From positions 1-60,008 of the IMG/VR virus record IMGVR_UViG_3300027874_000001: a stretch of DNA of 60,008 nucleotides; one strand, 5' to 3'. The notes beneath the pieces are model-generated. The model was not told the origin of the DNA. It did not search any database and was given only the letters and a program-made list of their open reading frames with translations. Positions 36,030 through 46,600 of the stretch are shown one piece after another. The position numbers and the translations under genes are program-made. Every line of letters starts with the position of its first letter. Position 1 is the first letter of the stretch. This stretch comes from a virus (taxonomy: Duplodnaviria > Caudoviricetes).

Positions 36030-39000
36030 TACCGTCGCCTCATGTTGATCTCTCTGGACAAGTTCTTGGTGAAGTCATTCAGACTAGCGGTAGTGGCACG
36101 TTCTACCGCCGCACTGAGGCGGTCAGCATCCACACCGGCATCCGCTTGCACGCTCACAACGATAGCTCCGGGACCAACGTTGACGCCGCCGCTGCCACTG
36201 GTGCTTTCTGGCCGCACTAGTGTCTCTGGTTTGCCGGTGCGATTGTAGACAATGTTGATTCCAGGGGTCAGGGTGCCACCTTCGTCGAATACCTTGGCGG
36301 CATCTGCCAGGAACCCGCCCAGGGCGTAGCCCATGTAGGGGCCGCCACGAGATTTGGAGAGCTCTCCTGGTGTCAGGAACGGAGTACCGTACCGAGCCTT
36401 GATGTACTGAATGGCGGCTGCGGCATTGTCTACCGGATTCCAAATGTCACCGTGGCCCGGGATAGCGTAAGCGCTGAAGGTGCCGTCGATGGTCTGCATC
36501 AAGCCCTTAGAAGGATGGCCCGCCGCTGCGTTGCTATCCGTCAGGTTGATGGCATGAGGGTTACCGCCAGATTCGAACATAGCGATATCCACCAACGGTG
36601 GCAACCAGTTCATGGGGGAGGCAGTGAGGGTGATGGCCTGAACGATCCAGTCTCGTACCGCACCAGGAGGGACATTCCCGATAGGCGCAGCATAGTCCAT
36701 CCATTCCTTGACCCTGTCCCGGATGACCTCGTTGGCGTTGTACATGCCAGACCCGATACCTGGATTGCCCCAGCCCAACAGGCTCTGTGGTGGGTCTGGT
36801 ACGTCTGCCCCGGTAGTGAAGCCTCCTTGGGCGAAGCGCCTCATTGCTGGATTGTAGCCACCTTGGACGAACTTGGTCAGTCCGTAGCCGAAGCTGGTAG
36901 CCACCTGCTCCAGGATGGCCTGGGACCGGCGACGCTTATTCTGGCCAGCCGGGATGAACCACTCCCCACCTGTCTCCGGCTCCGCCCACTGCACCAGTCC
37001 GTTGCCGGACACGGCAGGTTGGAACATAGCCTGTCTGGGAAGGTGGTAACCACCTTCTGCTGCACCGGAGCCAAAGGCCACGTTCAACTCATGCACTGCC
37101 GCCATCGCTTCCGGTCCAGAGAAGTGATGCTCGTACGTGATGCTGATAGGAGGCTTACCTAACGCCGCCAGCACCGGGTTCACGCCGGCAGCAATGGCGG
37201 TGCCGTATTCAGTACCAATCACTTCTACCGTCTGTACACCAATGCCCAGCTTCTCGGCGATGCTGCTAGCGGATTGCTCACCGCCAGTGCGAGCGGCTGC
37301 CGTCACGATTGTCATGGCGGCGTCCATCTTCACGCCAGCATCTGGGCCCATCTGGGCGATGTTGCCCCGAATGGCGTTGGTCATGTTGGCGACTTCCGCA
37401 TCGCTGCCGGTCGCCATCTGGTGCATCAGGTCTACACCCTTGGTTCCCATGCTAGCGATGTAGACCGCAACATCTTCACCCATACGAGCGGTGACCGTCA
37501 CCGTGTCATTCTTCCACTGTGCCAATCGCATGGTCTGTTTGCTGATGGCTTCCGCCTGTTCGTCCAAGCTGAGCTTGACATTGTTGGTCAAGTCGTTGAA
37601 TGCGTCTTTGGTGATCTTACCGCTGTCCAGCGCATTCTGAGCGAAGTTCTTGGTGATCTCTTGCTTGTCCTGTAGCGCCTGCCCCAAGGCATCCAAGGGA
37701 TCACCAATGGCGCTGATACTTTGGCCCAGCATCTTCTGCTGATCAGTCAGCTTGGCTTCGGTATCGCTGAGGCCCATGCTATTAGCCTGCAATTGGATCA
37801 TGGCTTCTTGCTGTTGCTGGGCGGCGGTCTTACCGCTGAGGAAGGCGTCCTTCTTCTGAGCCATGATGCCGATCAGGTCACGCTCATGCTGAGAATACTG
37901 CGTGTTCAGAGCATCCGCCGCTGCCATGGTCTGGTCGAACCGCTGCCGAGCCTGGCCCATGGCATTGGTGTCCACCACGCCGTTGCGCATTGCAGACCCG
38001 TAGCTATCGGCGTGAATGTTGAAGTCAGATAGGATCTTGTCTGTCAGTCCTAGCTGTTGCGCCTGCGCTGCGAACTGGGCCGTGCCTTGATCGGCAGCGT
38101 GGCCCAGGCCGAACATCTGCTCTTGCGTGATGCCTAGCTTGTTAGCAGTTTCTGCGTAGGCATCCCCCACTCGCCATGTATCGCTAGTGAGGTCGATGAC
38201 GACCCCATTCTGGTCCTTGAGATCCTTGGACATGGCGATGATCTGCTCTCTGGACATTCCGAGAGCAGGACCAAGGTGAGCCGCAGTTACATTCAGGGTG
38301 TCTTGCAGCCGGGCGGCACGAGCGATCTCGTCACTGAGGGCATTCAACTTCTCAGCCTGCTTGGCGTAGCCAGACTCCATGAAAGGCATTCCCAGCTTGA
38401 TGCCCTCCCAGGCCATCGAAAGGCCGCTGTACGCCTTCATGTTGTTCTGGACCTGGTGGCCCTCAATCTCAAGCTGGGTGATGTAGCCTTGGATCCCCTG
38501 AGGCGTCTTGAGGTCGGCAGCGCCCCGCAGACTTTCTACGAACTGCTTCCCTTCCTCTCCCGCATTGTGCAGTTCACTACCGATATCTATGGCCGCCATG
38601 GCCGCTATGGTCAGCATGGGACCGATGGTCTTCAATGCCTGCATGGCCTTGCCGGTGAGCTCCGTGGCCACAGCAGCAGCGTGCATGCTAGGAACAAAGC
38701 GATCGATTAGGTTGGCGATCAGCTGGCTAATGAACAGAATCACCTTACCAGTGACTGGAATGAGAGAGCTGAAGCGTTCGTTCAGTTGCCTGGTGGAGTA
38801 CTCCATCAACATCTGCTTGCCCCGCAGCAGCAGGAATGCTCCGCCCAGTGCCAGCAGGACGCCACCAAAGGTACCGATGATCCCGATGACACCAAGAATA
38901 GGCTTGGGAATGTCACTGATCAGGCGAACAACGCCTGTGACCTCAGACACTAGCTGCGAGAATATAGGAACCAGATAGCTGCCGAGCTCAATACGTAGAG

Positions 39001-40054
39001 CGCCGAAGGTAGAGGTCAGCAGCTGCAGCCTCATGGGCAGACCTTGCATCTGCTCGTCGAAGGCTTTCTGGGTAGCACCCGCATTCTGAGTGCTGTCTGC
39101 AATCAGGTGCATGGAGTCTGCGTAGTTCCTACCGTTGGCAGCACCCAGAGCTAGAGCGCCCTGCAATCCTTCGATGCGTGGGAACAAAGCCCGCATCTGC
39201 TCCACGTTGCCACCTGTAGCCTGGAACAACTGGTCCATCACACCTTTGAAGCCCAAGGTCTGTACCGCAGCAGAGCCAGAATCAAACCCCATCTTCTGCA
39301 GTGCCATCCGCATGTCGTCACTTGGGCTGATGATGCTGATCATGGTGCGAGCCAGAGCCGTGTTGGCTTCCGCTGCGGGGATGCCCGCCAATGTCATTGT
39401 GGCTAGAGCGGCGGAGGCATCCTCTAGCGGAACGTGCATGGAGGCGGCGATAGGCACCCAGGCACTCATGCCCTGCGCTAGTTCTCCGAAGGTGATGACG
39501 CCAGCGTTCACTGTCTGGAACAGAACGTCGCTGACGTGACCGGCCTGGCTGGCTTCCATGCCATATGCCTTCAGCACACCCATGATGGCACGGCCCGCAG
39601 TACCGGCATCCGTCAGACCAGCGGCAGCAGCCTTGGCGTTGATGCCGATCATCTTGGTTGCTTCACTGGCGGTGTAGCCAGTAGAAACAACATCATACAT
39701 ACCAGTGGCTAGATCCTTAGCAGAGGTTGGGATCTGCTTGGACAGATCTACCACCTGGTTGGACATGTCACGGAAGCCACCTGTACCCAACTTGGTAATG
39801 GTGTTGACATTCCGCATCTGCTGCTCGAAGTCGCCCGCTTCCTTACCCATGGCGACGAAGGCAGCCGTGGTACCGCCACCTATGCCTACCATTGCCAGGC
39901 CCAGCTTCTTGACAGCTGCTTCTGCTGCCTGGAACATGGACGTGCTGCCGACGACCTTCCGCAACAAGGCATCCTGCGCTGCTTCTGCGTTCTTGAAGCC
40001 GGTGACGAAGCTGCCGGTGTCAGAGGTCAGACTGACCTTCAGCATCTGGTCCAT
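36029..40054 (-). CDS. Tape measure protein with C-terminal lytic transglycosylase (SLT) domain
   Basis: TP901-type N-terminal region; ESGGNP.AIN..DSNA..G.PSKGLMQ...NPVDN..AAI.YI..RYG. Confidence 0.92.
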   Translation of the reverse strand: MDQMLKVSLTSDTGSFVTGFKNAEAAQDALLRKVVGSTSMFQAAEAAVKKLGLAMVGIGGGTTAAFVAMGKEAGDFEQQMRNVNTITKLGTGGFRDMSNQVVDLSKQIPTSAKDLATGMYDVVSTGYTASEATKMIGINAKAAAAGLTDAGTAGRAIMGVLKAYGMEASQAGHVSDVLFQTVNAGVITFGELAQGMSAWVPIAASMHVPLEDASAALATMTLAGIPAAEANTALARTMISIISPSDDMRMALQKMGFDSGSAAVQTLGFKGVMDQLFQATGGNVEQMRALFPRIEGLQGALALGAANGRNYADSMHLIADSTQNAGATQKAFDEQMQGLPMRLQLLTSTFGALRIELGSYLVPIFSQLVSEVTGVVRLISDIPKPILGVIGIIGTFGGVLLALGGAFLLLRGKQMLMEYSTRQLNERFSSLIPVTGKVILFISQLIANLIDRFVPSMHAAAVATELTGKAMQALKTIGPMLTIAAMAAIDIGSELHNAGEEGKQFVESLRGAADLKTPQGIQGYITQLEIEGHQVQNNMKAYSGLSMAWEGIKLGMPFMESGYAKQAEKLNALSDEIARAARLQDTLNVTAAHLGPALGMSREQIIAMSKDLKDQNGVVIDLTSDTWRVGDAYAETANKLGITQEQMFGLGHAADQGTAQFAAQAQQLGLTDKILSDFNIHADSYGSAMRNGVVDTNAMGQARQRFDQTMAAADALNTQYSQHERDLIGIMAQKKDAFLSGKTAAQQQQEAMIQLQANSMGLSDTEAKLTDQQKMLGQSISAIGDPLDALGQALQDKQEITKNFAQNALDSGKITKDAFNDLTNNVKLSLDEQAEAISKQTMRLAQWKNDTVTVTARMGEDVAVYIASMGTKGVDLMHQMATGSDAEVANMTNAIRGNIAQMGPDAGVKMDAAMTIVTAAARTGGEQSASSIAEKLGIGVQTVEVIGTEYGTAIAAGVNPVLAALGKPPISITYEHHFSGPEAMAAVHELNVAFGSGAAEGGYHLPRQAMFQPAVSGNGLVQWAEPETGGEWFIPAGQNKRRRSQAILEQVATSFGYGLTKFVQGGYNPAMRRFAQGGFTTGADVPDPPQSLLGWGNPGIGSGMYNANEVIRDRVKEWMDYAAPIGNVPPGAVRDWIVQAITLTASPMNWLPPLVDIAMFESGGNPHAINLTDSNAAAGHPSKGLMQTIDGTFSAYAIPGHGDIWNPVDNAAAAIQYIKARYGTPFLTPGELSKSRGGPYMGYALGGFLADAAKVFDEGGTLTPGINIVYNRTGKPETLVRPESTSGSGGVNVGPGAIVVSVQADAGVDADRLSAAVERATTASLNDFTKNLSREINMRRR

Positions 40055-40413
40055 TACCTACCCCACTTCCGAACGTAGTAGAAGGCGATGCCCTTGGGCT
40101 GATCTTCCTTGTTGTGCTCGCTCTGCCTCAGCAGAGCTTCTCGCTCTTCTTGAAGATCTACGCATCCGATGCACCGGCGGCTCTTCATCTCGTAGGGCGG
40201 ATCCATTAGGGGGCGCCCTTCCTCGTCTAGCCAATCGCTGGGTATCGTACCGCATCCGCTACACCGGGTGGCTTCTCGTGTCTCATACAGGAAAGCCTTG
40301 TCCCGGTCGTCTTGGGTCCAGCGGTGCGGACCTCCTAGGAAGAAGCTATGCGGAATTCCGTGGGGAACACAGTAGGCCAGCTCACTCAGGAGCTGAGGAT
40401 CCCCATCTAGTCT
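40054..40413 (-). CDS. -1 frameshift extension of the tail assembly chaperone (gpGT-like, ~303 aa total)
   Basis: Open -1 frame RLDGDPQLLSELAYC...CSGC...CIGC...KWGR* from the slippery site to a TAA overlapping the TMP ATG; no upstream start of its own. Confidence 0.85.
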   Translation of the reverse strand, partial: RLDGDPQLLSELAYCVPHGIPHSFFLGGPHRWTQDDRDKAFLYETREATRCSGCGTIPSDWLDEEGRPLMDPPYEMKSRRCIGCVDLQEEREALLRQSEHNKEDQPKGIAFYYVRKWGR

Positions 40414-40964
40414 TTTCCCAGGTTGATGAGATTACTACGCAGGTTGACCTGCACGGCCGCATTGAAGATCTCGGTCATCTCGGCAGAGCTGAACAACTCG
40501 TCGTCGAACATCTGCTTGACGTCTTCTTGACTGAGTTCTGGGTCGATGCAGCAGGCTGAGATCAGCACAATGGGGAATTCTTCCAGGTCCCATCCGAGCT
40601 CTTCCGGATTCTGACCGTTCTGCATGGCTCGCTTGCGGTCAGCATCAGTGGGTGGGTGGGCAGTGCGCAACTGATCAAATCGGTTGCGGCCCAGAGAGCG
40701 AAATACAAACTTGGTAGAGTTGGCCCTCGCCTCCTCCAGGAGTTGTTCCTTCTCCTCCTGGAGGCGAGCGAGTTCCGTACGAGCCCCTTCGTCTTCGTTG
40801 TTGAGCCGTAGCGTGAGCGACGTCTGCAGGTGCTGTTGGGTGACCTGCTCCAGCCGATCGGTGATTTCAGGGTCGTTGGCGAAGCGCACCGTCTTGGTGA
40901 CCGGCTTCTTCGTACTACGAATGTGATCCAGTGTCTGCGGCTTGTGTGAATTCGAAGCGGGCAT
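40407..40964 (-). CDS. Tail assembly chaperone (gpG-like)
   Basis: Between major tail and TMP; ends ...NLGKD with G GGA AAA. Confidence 0.85.
   Translation of the reverse strand: MPASNSHKPQTLDHIRSTKKPVTKTVRFANDPEITDRLEQVTQQHLQTSLTLRLNNEDEGARTELARLQEEKEQLLEEARANSTKFVFRSLGRNRFDQLRTAHPPTDADRKRAMQNGQNPEELGWDLEEFPIVLISACCIDPELSQEDVKQMFDDELFSSAEMTEIFNAAVQVNLRSNLINLGKD
40413..40419 (-). promoter_or_regulatory. Programmed -1 frameshift slippery site GGGAAAA
   Basis: X XXY YYZ heptamer in frame, one codon before the chaperone stop. Confidence 0.85.
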
Positions 40965-40982
40965 CGTATTCCTCCTGTCGTA

Positions 40983-41459
40983 CTAGGTGAGCACCTTGTC
41001 GGTGCCGGGGACTGCCGTCATGGCAAAGCTGACCGTGTACATGGACGCCTCGTTTCCGGCAGAATACCCCCGCACGTTGGAGGCAATCTGAATGGGCCAC
41101 ACGTCACACTTGTCCGCTATGGCTGGAGCCGCACCGGCGACGCCTGTGGCGAAGATGCAGACGAAGCCAACGGTGCCCTTGGCCAGGGCGGTACGAATGG
41201 GGTTGGTGGTCTTGTCCTCGTAGAACTTCAAGGACGAGTCGTCCGCCTTCTCCTCTCCTGGGATGTTGGGGATGAAGGTGGAGCTCATGTCGGGTGTGGT
41301 GATGGGGTTGTTGGCGAATGCGAACCCGCTCACCTCTCCCAACTGTGTATCCAACCTCGTGCCTGCGGTGACCTCGGCCGTTGTCGGAGTCAGTGTGGTG
41401 CTGGCAATGGTGGGAACGAAGTAGAACCTTGTGATTCCCTTCTGCATGAAGCGAACCAT
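40983..41459 (-). CDS. Major tail (tube) protein
   Basis: YFVPTIA...PTTAEV.AG...IPG...DVWP pattern of actinophage tail tubes; position. Confidence 0.8.
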   Translation of the reverse strand: MVRFMQKGITRFYFVPTIASTTLTPTTAEVTAGTRLDTQLGEVSGFAFANNPITTPDMSSTFIPNIPGEEKADDSSLKFYEDKTTNPIRTALAKGTVGFVCIFATGVAGAAPAIADKCDVWPIQIASNVRGYSAGNEASMYTVSFAMTAVPGTDKVLT

Positions 41460-41462
41460 GGC

Positions 41463-41759
41463 TTACCCCTCTTCCTTCTTGCCTCGACCTGGAGACGAGG
41501 GCTGGGTGGATGACTGGGCCAGGTCCGGATTCATGGCGGCACTCAGAGTGGCGGCATCTGCGCCCACTGGCACAACGATGCTGTGTTCTCTGGCTAGGGC
41601 CGCCAGTTCATCCTGACTGGCGTTGCTGTCCGTGACCCGCTGCCAGCCGTTCGGTTCCCATACTTCCGTGAAAGCGGCGAGAGATGTCAAGGTGACACCG
41701 CCATGCACAGAGTGCTTCATGGGGACGAACGTGGTTTGCGGATCAATCTCTTCTGGCAT
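41463..41759 (-). CDS. Hypothetical virion-module protein
   Basis: AGGAG RBS; MKH....AF.EVWEPNGW. Confidence 0.65.
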   Translation of the reverse strand: MPEEIDPQTTFVPMKHSVHGGVTLTSLAAFTEVWEPNGWQRVTDSNASQDELAALAREHSIVVPVGADAATLSAAMNPDLAQSSTQPSSPGRGKKEEG

Positions 41760-41761
41760 GA

Positions 41762-42220
41762 TCACGCTCCTACGTAGATCCGGTACATGTCGTTGGTTTG
41801 GTACAGGTCCACTCCGCCCGCAATCACAGCGCCGACGGACTCGCCGGTGCGACACTGAACTACTGCCGTAAGAGTGGTGAGATTCATCGGCACTACGTAC
41901 CCAGAATCATCACGAGCGGTGAACGCTATGCGTACCTTGTCGCTCATCCACCGAGCCTGGCGGGGATCCTTACCCACGCAGGTCAGTTGGTATACAAGCT
42001 CCCGATCTTCTTCGGGTTGTGCCCACGATCCAGTCGCCAGAGGAGAAGTCATTGGGATGAGGATCGCATACGGGTATTTGAGCTCGGTGCCCCCGAGCTC
42101 ATCCCGATTGTTGTCTGTCGCAGGAATACGGCAGAGGCCGATTTGCTTGCCCAGGGCGGTGGCAAGCCATTCTCGAAGCTCGGTATCTACCTGGTTGTAC
42201 TCAACTATTCCTGTAGCCAC
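41762..42220 (-). CDS. Tail terminator-like protein
   Basis: PYAIL...YQLTCVG..QARWMSDKVR; position before the major tail. Confidence 0.7.
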   Translation of the reverse strand: MATGIVEYNQVDTELREWLATALGKQIGLCRIPATDNNRDELGGTELKYPYAILIPMTSPLATGSWAQPEEDRELVYQLTCVGKDPRQARWMSDKVRIAFTARDDSGYVVPMNLTTLTAVVQCRTGESVGAVIAGGVDLYQTNDMYRIYVGA

Positions 42221-42609
42221 AGTTCTTGCACTCCATTGGCCATGTCCTTGCCGAACTTGTTCACCGTAGCCTGTACCGCTGGGCGTAGATGCGGTCTTGG
42301 GCTGTCATGGTAGCTCCGGCCTAGAGCGTCAGTGCCCACAAAGCCGTACTCTAGCCTATGCGCAGCGGGATGGTCGGACCATACGTCGAAGCCGGAGCGG
42401 CTGCTCGTGTACTGCCAGCTACCCAGATACTCCCCGGTGCGAATCAGATGTACCTCATGGATGTTCTTCTGAACCTCTTCTAACATGAACTTGGCTTCGT
42501 CTTCCATGACCTGCTTCATCTTGGGAGTGATGCCCTCGGACATACGCCGCAGCCGCATCTTCAGTCGATCCCAGGCAGAGGGGTCGAATTCCTCTCCGAA
42601 GATAGGCAT
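42205..42609 (-). CDS. HK97 gp10-like neck protein
   Basis: RTGEYLGSW...RLEYG...PRPHLRPA. Confidence 0.8.
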   Translation of the reverse strand: MPIFGEEFDPSAWDRLKMRLRRMSEGITPKMKQVMEDEAKFMLEEVQKNIHEVHLIRTGEYLGSWQYTSSRSGFDVWSDHPAAHRLEYGFVGTDALGRSYHDSPRPHLRPAVQATVNKFGKDMANGVQELWLQE

Positions 42610-43034
42610 CAGCCTGGCACCGGACGGCGCCACAGACAGCGCAGGTTGTAACACACGGAATAGGTGGCACTGTCCATACCCTGGACAATGAATGACTCTC
42701 CCATGAGCGCCTGTTCCCCTTCTGGGTGAACATCCACTATCACTACTTCATCCTCATCCCAGATGTCCGGCGGTGGATCCTCTAGAGGAATGCGGATGGT
42801 GTAGTAGGTGGCTGTGACCTCAGCTCCGCCACTACGTTCCGTGAATGGGAACGATCCTTGCTGTGTCACCATACATGGGCCGTAGTACAGGATTTGTTCC
42901 GGCGGAGCGACGAAGTCGCCCGTGGTAGTATCCCAGTTGCCCTGCCCTAGCCGTTGTGGCCCCATACGTACAAGACATTCATCCACCATCAGGCTGCTGA
43001 TCATCTTCTCTACCGGCTTGAGGTTGAGCTTCAA
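42609..43034 (-). CDS. Head-to-tail stopper (DUF6093-like)
   Basis: MVDECLVR...WDTTTG...YYGPC pattern. Confidence 0.7.
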   Translation of the reverse strand: MKLNLKPVEKMISSLMVDECLVRMGPQRLGQGNWDTTTGDFVAPPEQILYYGPCMVTQQGSFPFTERSGGAEVTATYYTIRIPLEDPPPDIWDEDEVVIVDVHPEGEQALMGESFIVQGMDSATYSVCYNLRCLWRRPVPG

Positions 43035-43371
43035 CGATCTTCTCCTTCACGATGTCGAGCACTATCTCTACGATGGCTCGGTTGTCGCCCCATCCCATTC
43101 GCTTGAGCGCCTCATCTTCCACTCGCTTCGGATCCATGCGATCTATCAGCTTGCCGAAGTCAGGAGGTTCGTGGTAAATCTCAACGATGCCCTCGCCCGT
43201 TACCACTCCGGTTGGAGCGGCAATGGTGAGCGCCAGCAAGGTGGGTCGGTCGGCATAGGCTGTTACCTGAGCGGCAGTGACACGGAATTCATGCATGAAG
43301 TCAATGTCATTGACCTCTAGCTTAGAAGCCCCAACCTGGTCGAAATGGATCTCGAACTTAGCGGTTGGCAT
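42979..43371 (-). CDS. Hypothetical protein
   Basis: ORF track; lies inside the structural operon. Confidence 0.6.
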   Translation of the reverse strand: MPTAKFEIHFDQVGASKLEVNDIDFMHEFRVTAAQVTAYADRPTLLALTIAAPTGVVTGEGIVEIYHEPPDFGKLIDRMDPKRVEDEALKRMGWGDNRAIVEIVLDIVKEKIVEAQPQAGREDDQQPDGG

Positions 43372-43597
43372 TGAACAATCCTGCCCACATGTTGAAGATG
43401 GACTCGAACCCAGGGATCATCTTGTACACCACGTCGTTGTCCTGGTCGTCTCTGGGCAGTCGGTGATCTGCTCCCAGGTTGATGATCTCACTGGGGATGG
43501 CTCTTGGGTAGGCGTCACAGGTGTAGACCGGATCGTAACCGCTGACGTCATGGCGACGAGCGCAACTATCACAAAGCGCTGGGCCTCTGGTAACCAT
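43358..43597 (-). CDS. Small Cys/His protein; candidate immunity partner of the MuF toxin
   Basis: CDSC...CDAYPRAIPSEI...DHRLP..D, directly downstream of the MuF-peptidase gene. Confidence 0.65.
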   Translation of the reverse strand: MVTRGPALCDSCARRHDVSGYDPVYTCDAYPRAIPSEIINLGADHRLPRDDQDNDVVYKMIPGFESIFNMWAGLFNANR

Positions 43598-43611
43598 GGT
43601 GGTACCCTACC

Positions 43612-46600
43612 CTACCCGTACAGTTCACTGAAGACCCGGCCAATGGCGACAGCTGCCGGTCGAGGATTGTCGGCTACAACGTATTCCATATTCGCCTCTG
43701 CGATCAGCTCGGTCCAGTTGGCGGTGGCATAGCCTCCGATGTTCTCGTGCACCCAGAGCAGGAACGAGTTGCCCAACTTGTATTTGATTTCGTAGGTGTC
43801 GTACCATATCTCTCCTGGAATGTCCGCATCACTCAGATTCAGCAGAGCAATCTCGGAGTTGCTCATCTTTACGCCATCAGCCCTAGCAAGCTGTAGCACC
43901 TTCTTTACAGCCTGCCCCACCTTACGGTCGTACCCTGGATGGTAGATAGAATCGTGGAGAAGGGCATGTGAGTACTCATGCACCATGAGCGGTATGGGTG
44001 TATCGTCGTAGTGCACGAAGGCAGGAGCATGCCATCCGCTTTCCACCTGCGATTGTAGAGAACTATAGGTTGCTCCCGTAGCCATGTAGATCTTTCGATT
44101 GATGGCTATGGAGTCCTCTTCCTGGATGAAGGCAGCGTAGGCGTCCTCGATACTTGTGTTGTCGTCTACGAATTCCCACAACATCTTTGGGCCACGAACG
44201 AAAGCTTGTTCCAACAAGCTCACACCCTTGCGTATCCCCTTCAATACATTCTCAGCCAACGGATCGAACAGTGAAGTAGCTGTTTCTGTGCCGAAGTCAG
44301 GGACGTCATCTCCTACCGTGTGATTTACAGTAGAGAATACATGGTAGTCTGGATAGACCTCTTCTATCTCAGGCATTGCCTCCTCAACCAGGCGGCTATA
44401 GGCAGATCTAGACCCAGCCCCTTCCGTTGAAATCTCGTAGATCTTCCCCATGGGGATGGGGAAGCGGAAGTCCACCGGGCGAGGGTCTGCCGCTACGCCG
44501 AGGAGGTCGTCGATGTACTTGCCCACGGCTTCCGCTACTGGGCCTGGCTTACTCGCCATGTGGTACTCAGTGAACTGCTCTGCCACCAACTCGGTGAACT
44601 TGCTATCCTTGACGCTGTAGAAGCTGAGGCCGTACTTGTTGTTGTAGGTCTCTGCTCCCTTGAGATCTCGCATGATGCGGTTCAGGATACGACCCACCAT
44701 CGTATCTCGGTCTGGTGCGTACTTCATGCTGAGGTGCTCAATGGTGTCAGGGAAGAACTGCCGCACCAGCTGCTGTGCTAGTTCTGCTCGTTCCTCCTCT
44801 GTCATCAGATTGAAGACATGGTGGCCCATCTCATGCATCAGTGTGCCAGCGGGGTTGTGGTTCCTAGGACTAAACCAGAAGATGTCCTCCATGTGGGAGT
44901 TGGTCTTGGTGGCCAGCGTGTCGTAGAAATCGGCGAAGGTGCTGTCAATCTGGATCTGTACTCTGCCGCCCTCCAGCACGGTCATGCCGTAGCGAGCCTG
45001 CACACCGTGGATGATGCCTTCGTCGTCTACCCTGGTTCCTAAATCCTTTACCTCGACGTCGAACTTGTACGTTCCTGGATACCGCTCCTCCATGTAGCGA
45101 ATTGTCTTGCTGATGTCCTTGTACAGCTTGGTGTCTTTGCTGAGCCCCTTGATGGTATGGCCCAACTTGGTGACGTCCGGATCTCCGGTTGTGGCCTCAT
45201 ACGCACCGAAGCGACTCTTGATCTCTGGAACATACTTGCGGTAGGTATTGTTCCACAAGGCTTCCAGAAGATTGCGACCTTCCCGCACCACTGTCTGCCG
45301 AGGTTGGACGAAGACCCGGTCGTACATCTCCATCTGGAGATCACGTGCCAGTGTAAGCGCATCGTTCAATGGGCGGTCGCTAGCAAAGACTTCCGCTATC
45401 CGCTCTCCCGTGTTCGTGATCAAGTCCTGCGCCTTACGCACTACATTCCTAGGAGCTATCTCTGCTAGGTCCCGTCGCAGGATGCGCATGAACTCACGGG
45501 TGTCGAATACCCGCTCTCCCTTGAAGATCTCCAGTAGCTGAGTGGCGGTCTCCTTGACCGGAGTCAGTACCTTCTCGGCTATGCCGTGTAGCCCGAGCTC
45601 GTACAGCTTCTTGGCGTCCTCGTATGACATCCGTAGAATACGAGTGAAGTCCAACCGCCCGAAGCCCCGCAGCTGCATCTCCGTAGCCCAACTGACCAGC
45701 CGTATGTCCTTCAGGTTCAGCTTGCGGAATCGCTCTAGCGTGAGGTTGCGGATATCACTCAGGTTCTTCAACCCCAACTTGCGCAGGTTGATGTTGAAGT
45801 TCATGGAGGGGTTGGCAAACAGCTGGAATAGCTTGCCCTTCTCCCGAGTGATGATCTTGATCTCGCCGCTGATAGACGTGATGCGCCCTGCACCCAGCCG
45901 TTCTCCTACCCGCACCAGGGATGGATCTAATCCCTCTCGGGTGGCGAAGGCCAGGGCTTGGGCCAGGTTGTCCTCCTTGACCAGGAATCCGCCCGCCCGG
46001 TTGAGCTTGGTGTAGATGCGGATTGGTCCCTTGGGGACAATGCTCAAGTTCGGATAGACACTACGGGTACGAGCCTCGATCTCAGCCCCAACCCGGAACA
46101 GCCCATTGCGGAAGATGCGGATGTTGCCTAGCAGGCCACGTTCCTTAGTGGCGGTGATAGTGGCACGCAGGTACTTGTTAGCGGGAGACAGCGCTAGCCG
46201 AGCCTTGCGCCCTGCTCCGCCTAGATTCGGCAGGCTGAAGCGCCCAAACCTGTCATCCCCAAAGTGCGCACCGCCAGTCAGGTCACCAGCGTAATCTAGG
46301 AAGGCTTGCCGCCCCTCAGCCTCTAGTGTCAGCTTGCTGGCAAGATCTCGCAGGCTGATGGCGGCGTTCTCGAAGGTGTTGCGGAAGTCGTCCCAGACCT
46401 CGATTGTATCATTCACAACCCTCTTGGTGGTGTCCTGGGTGAGGCCCATCAGTTCTTTGACGTAACCGGGGACTTCCTCGATGTTGTCCCGTAGGTCCTC
46501 GCCATAACTGAAGATGTGATCGACAATGTCCTGTAGGCTGAACCGTCGCACCGGCAGGCCAGTATTGATGTCGATCACATTAGGGCCGGCAAAGAAATAC

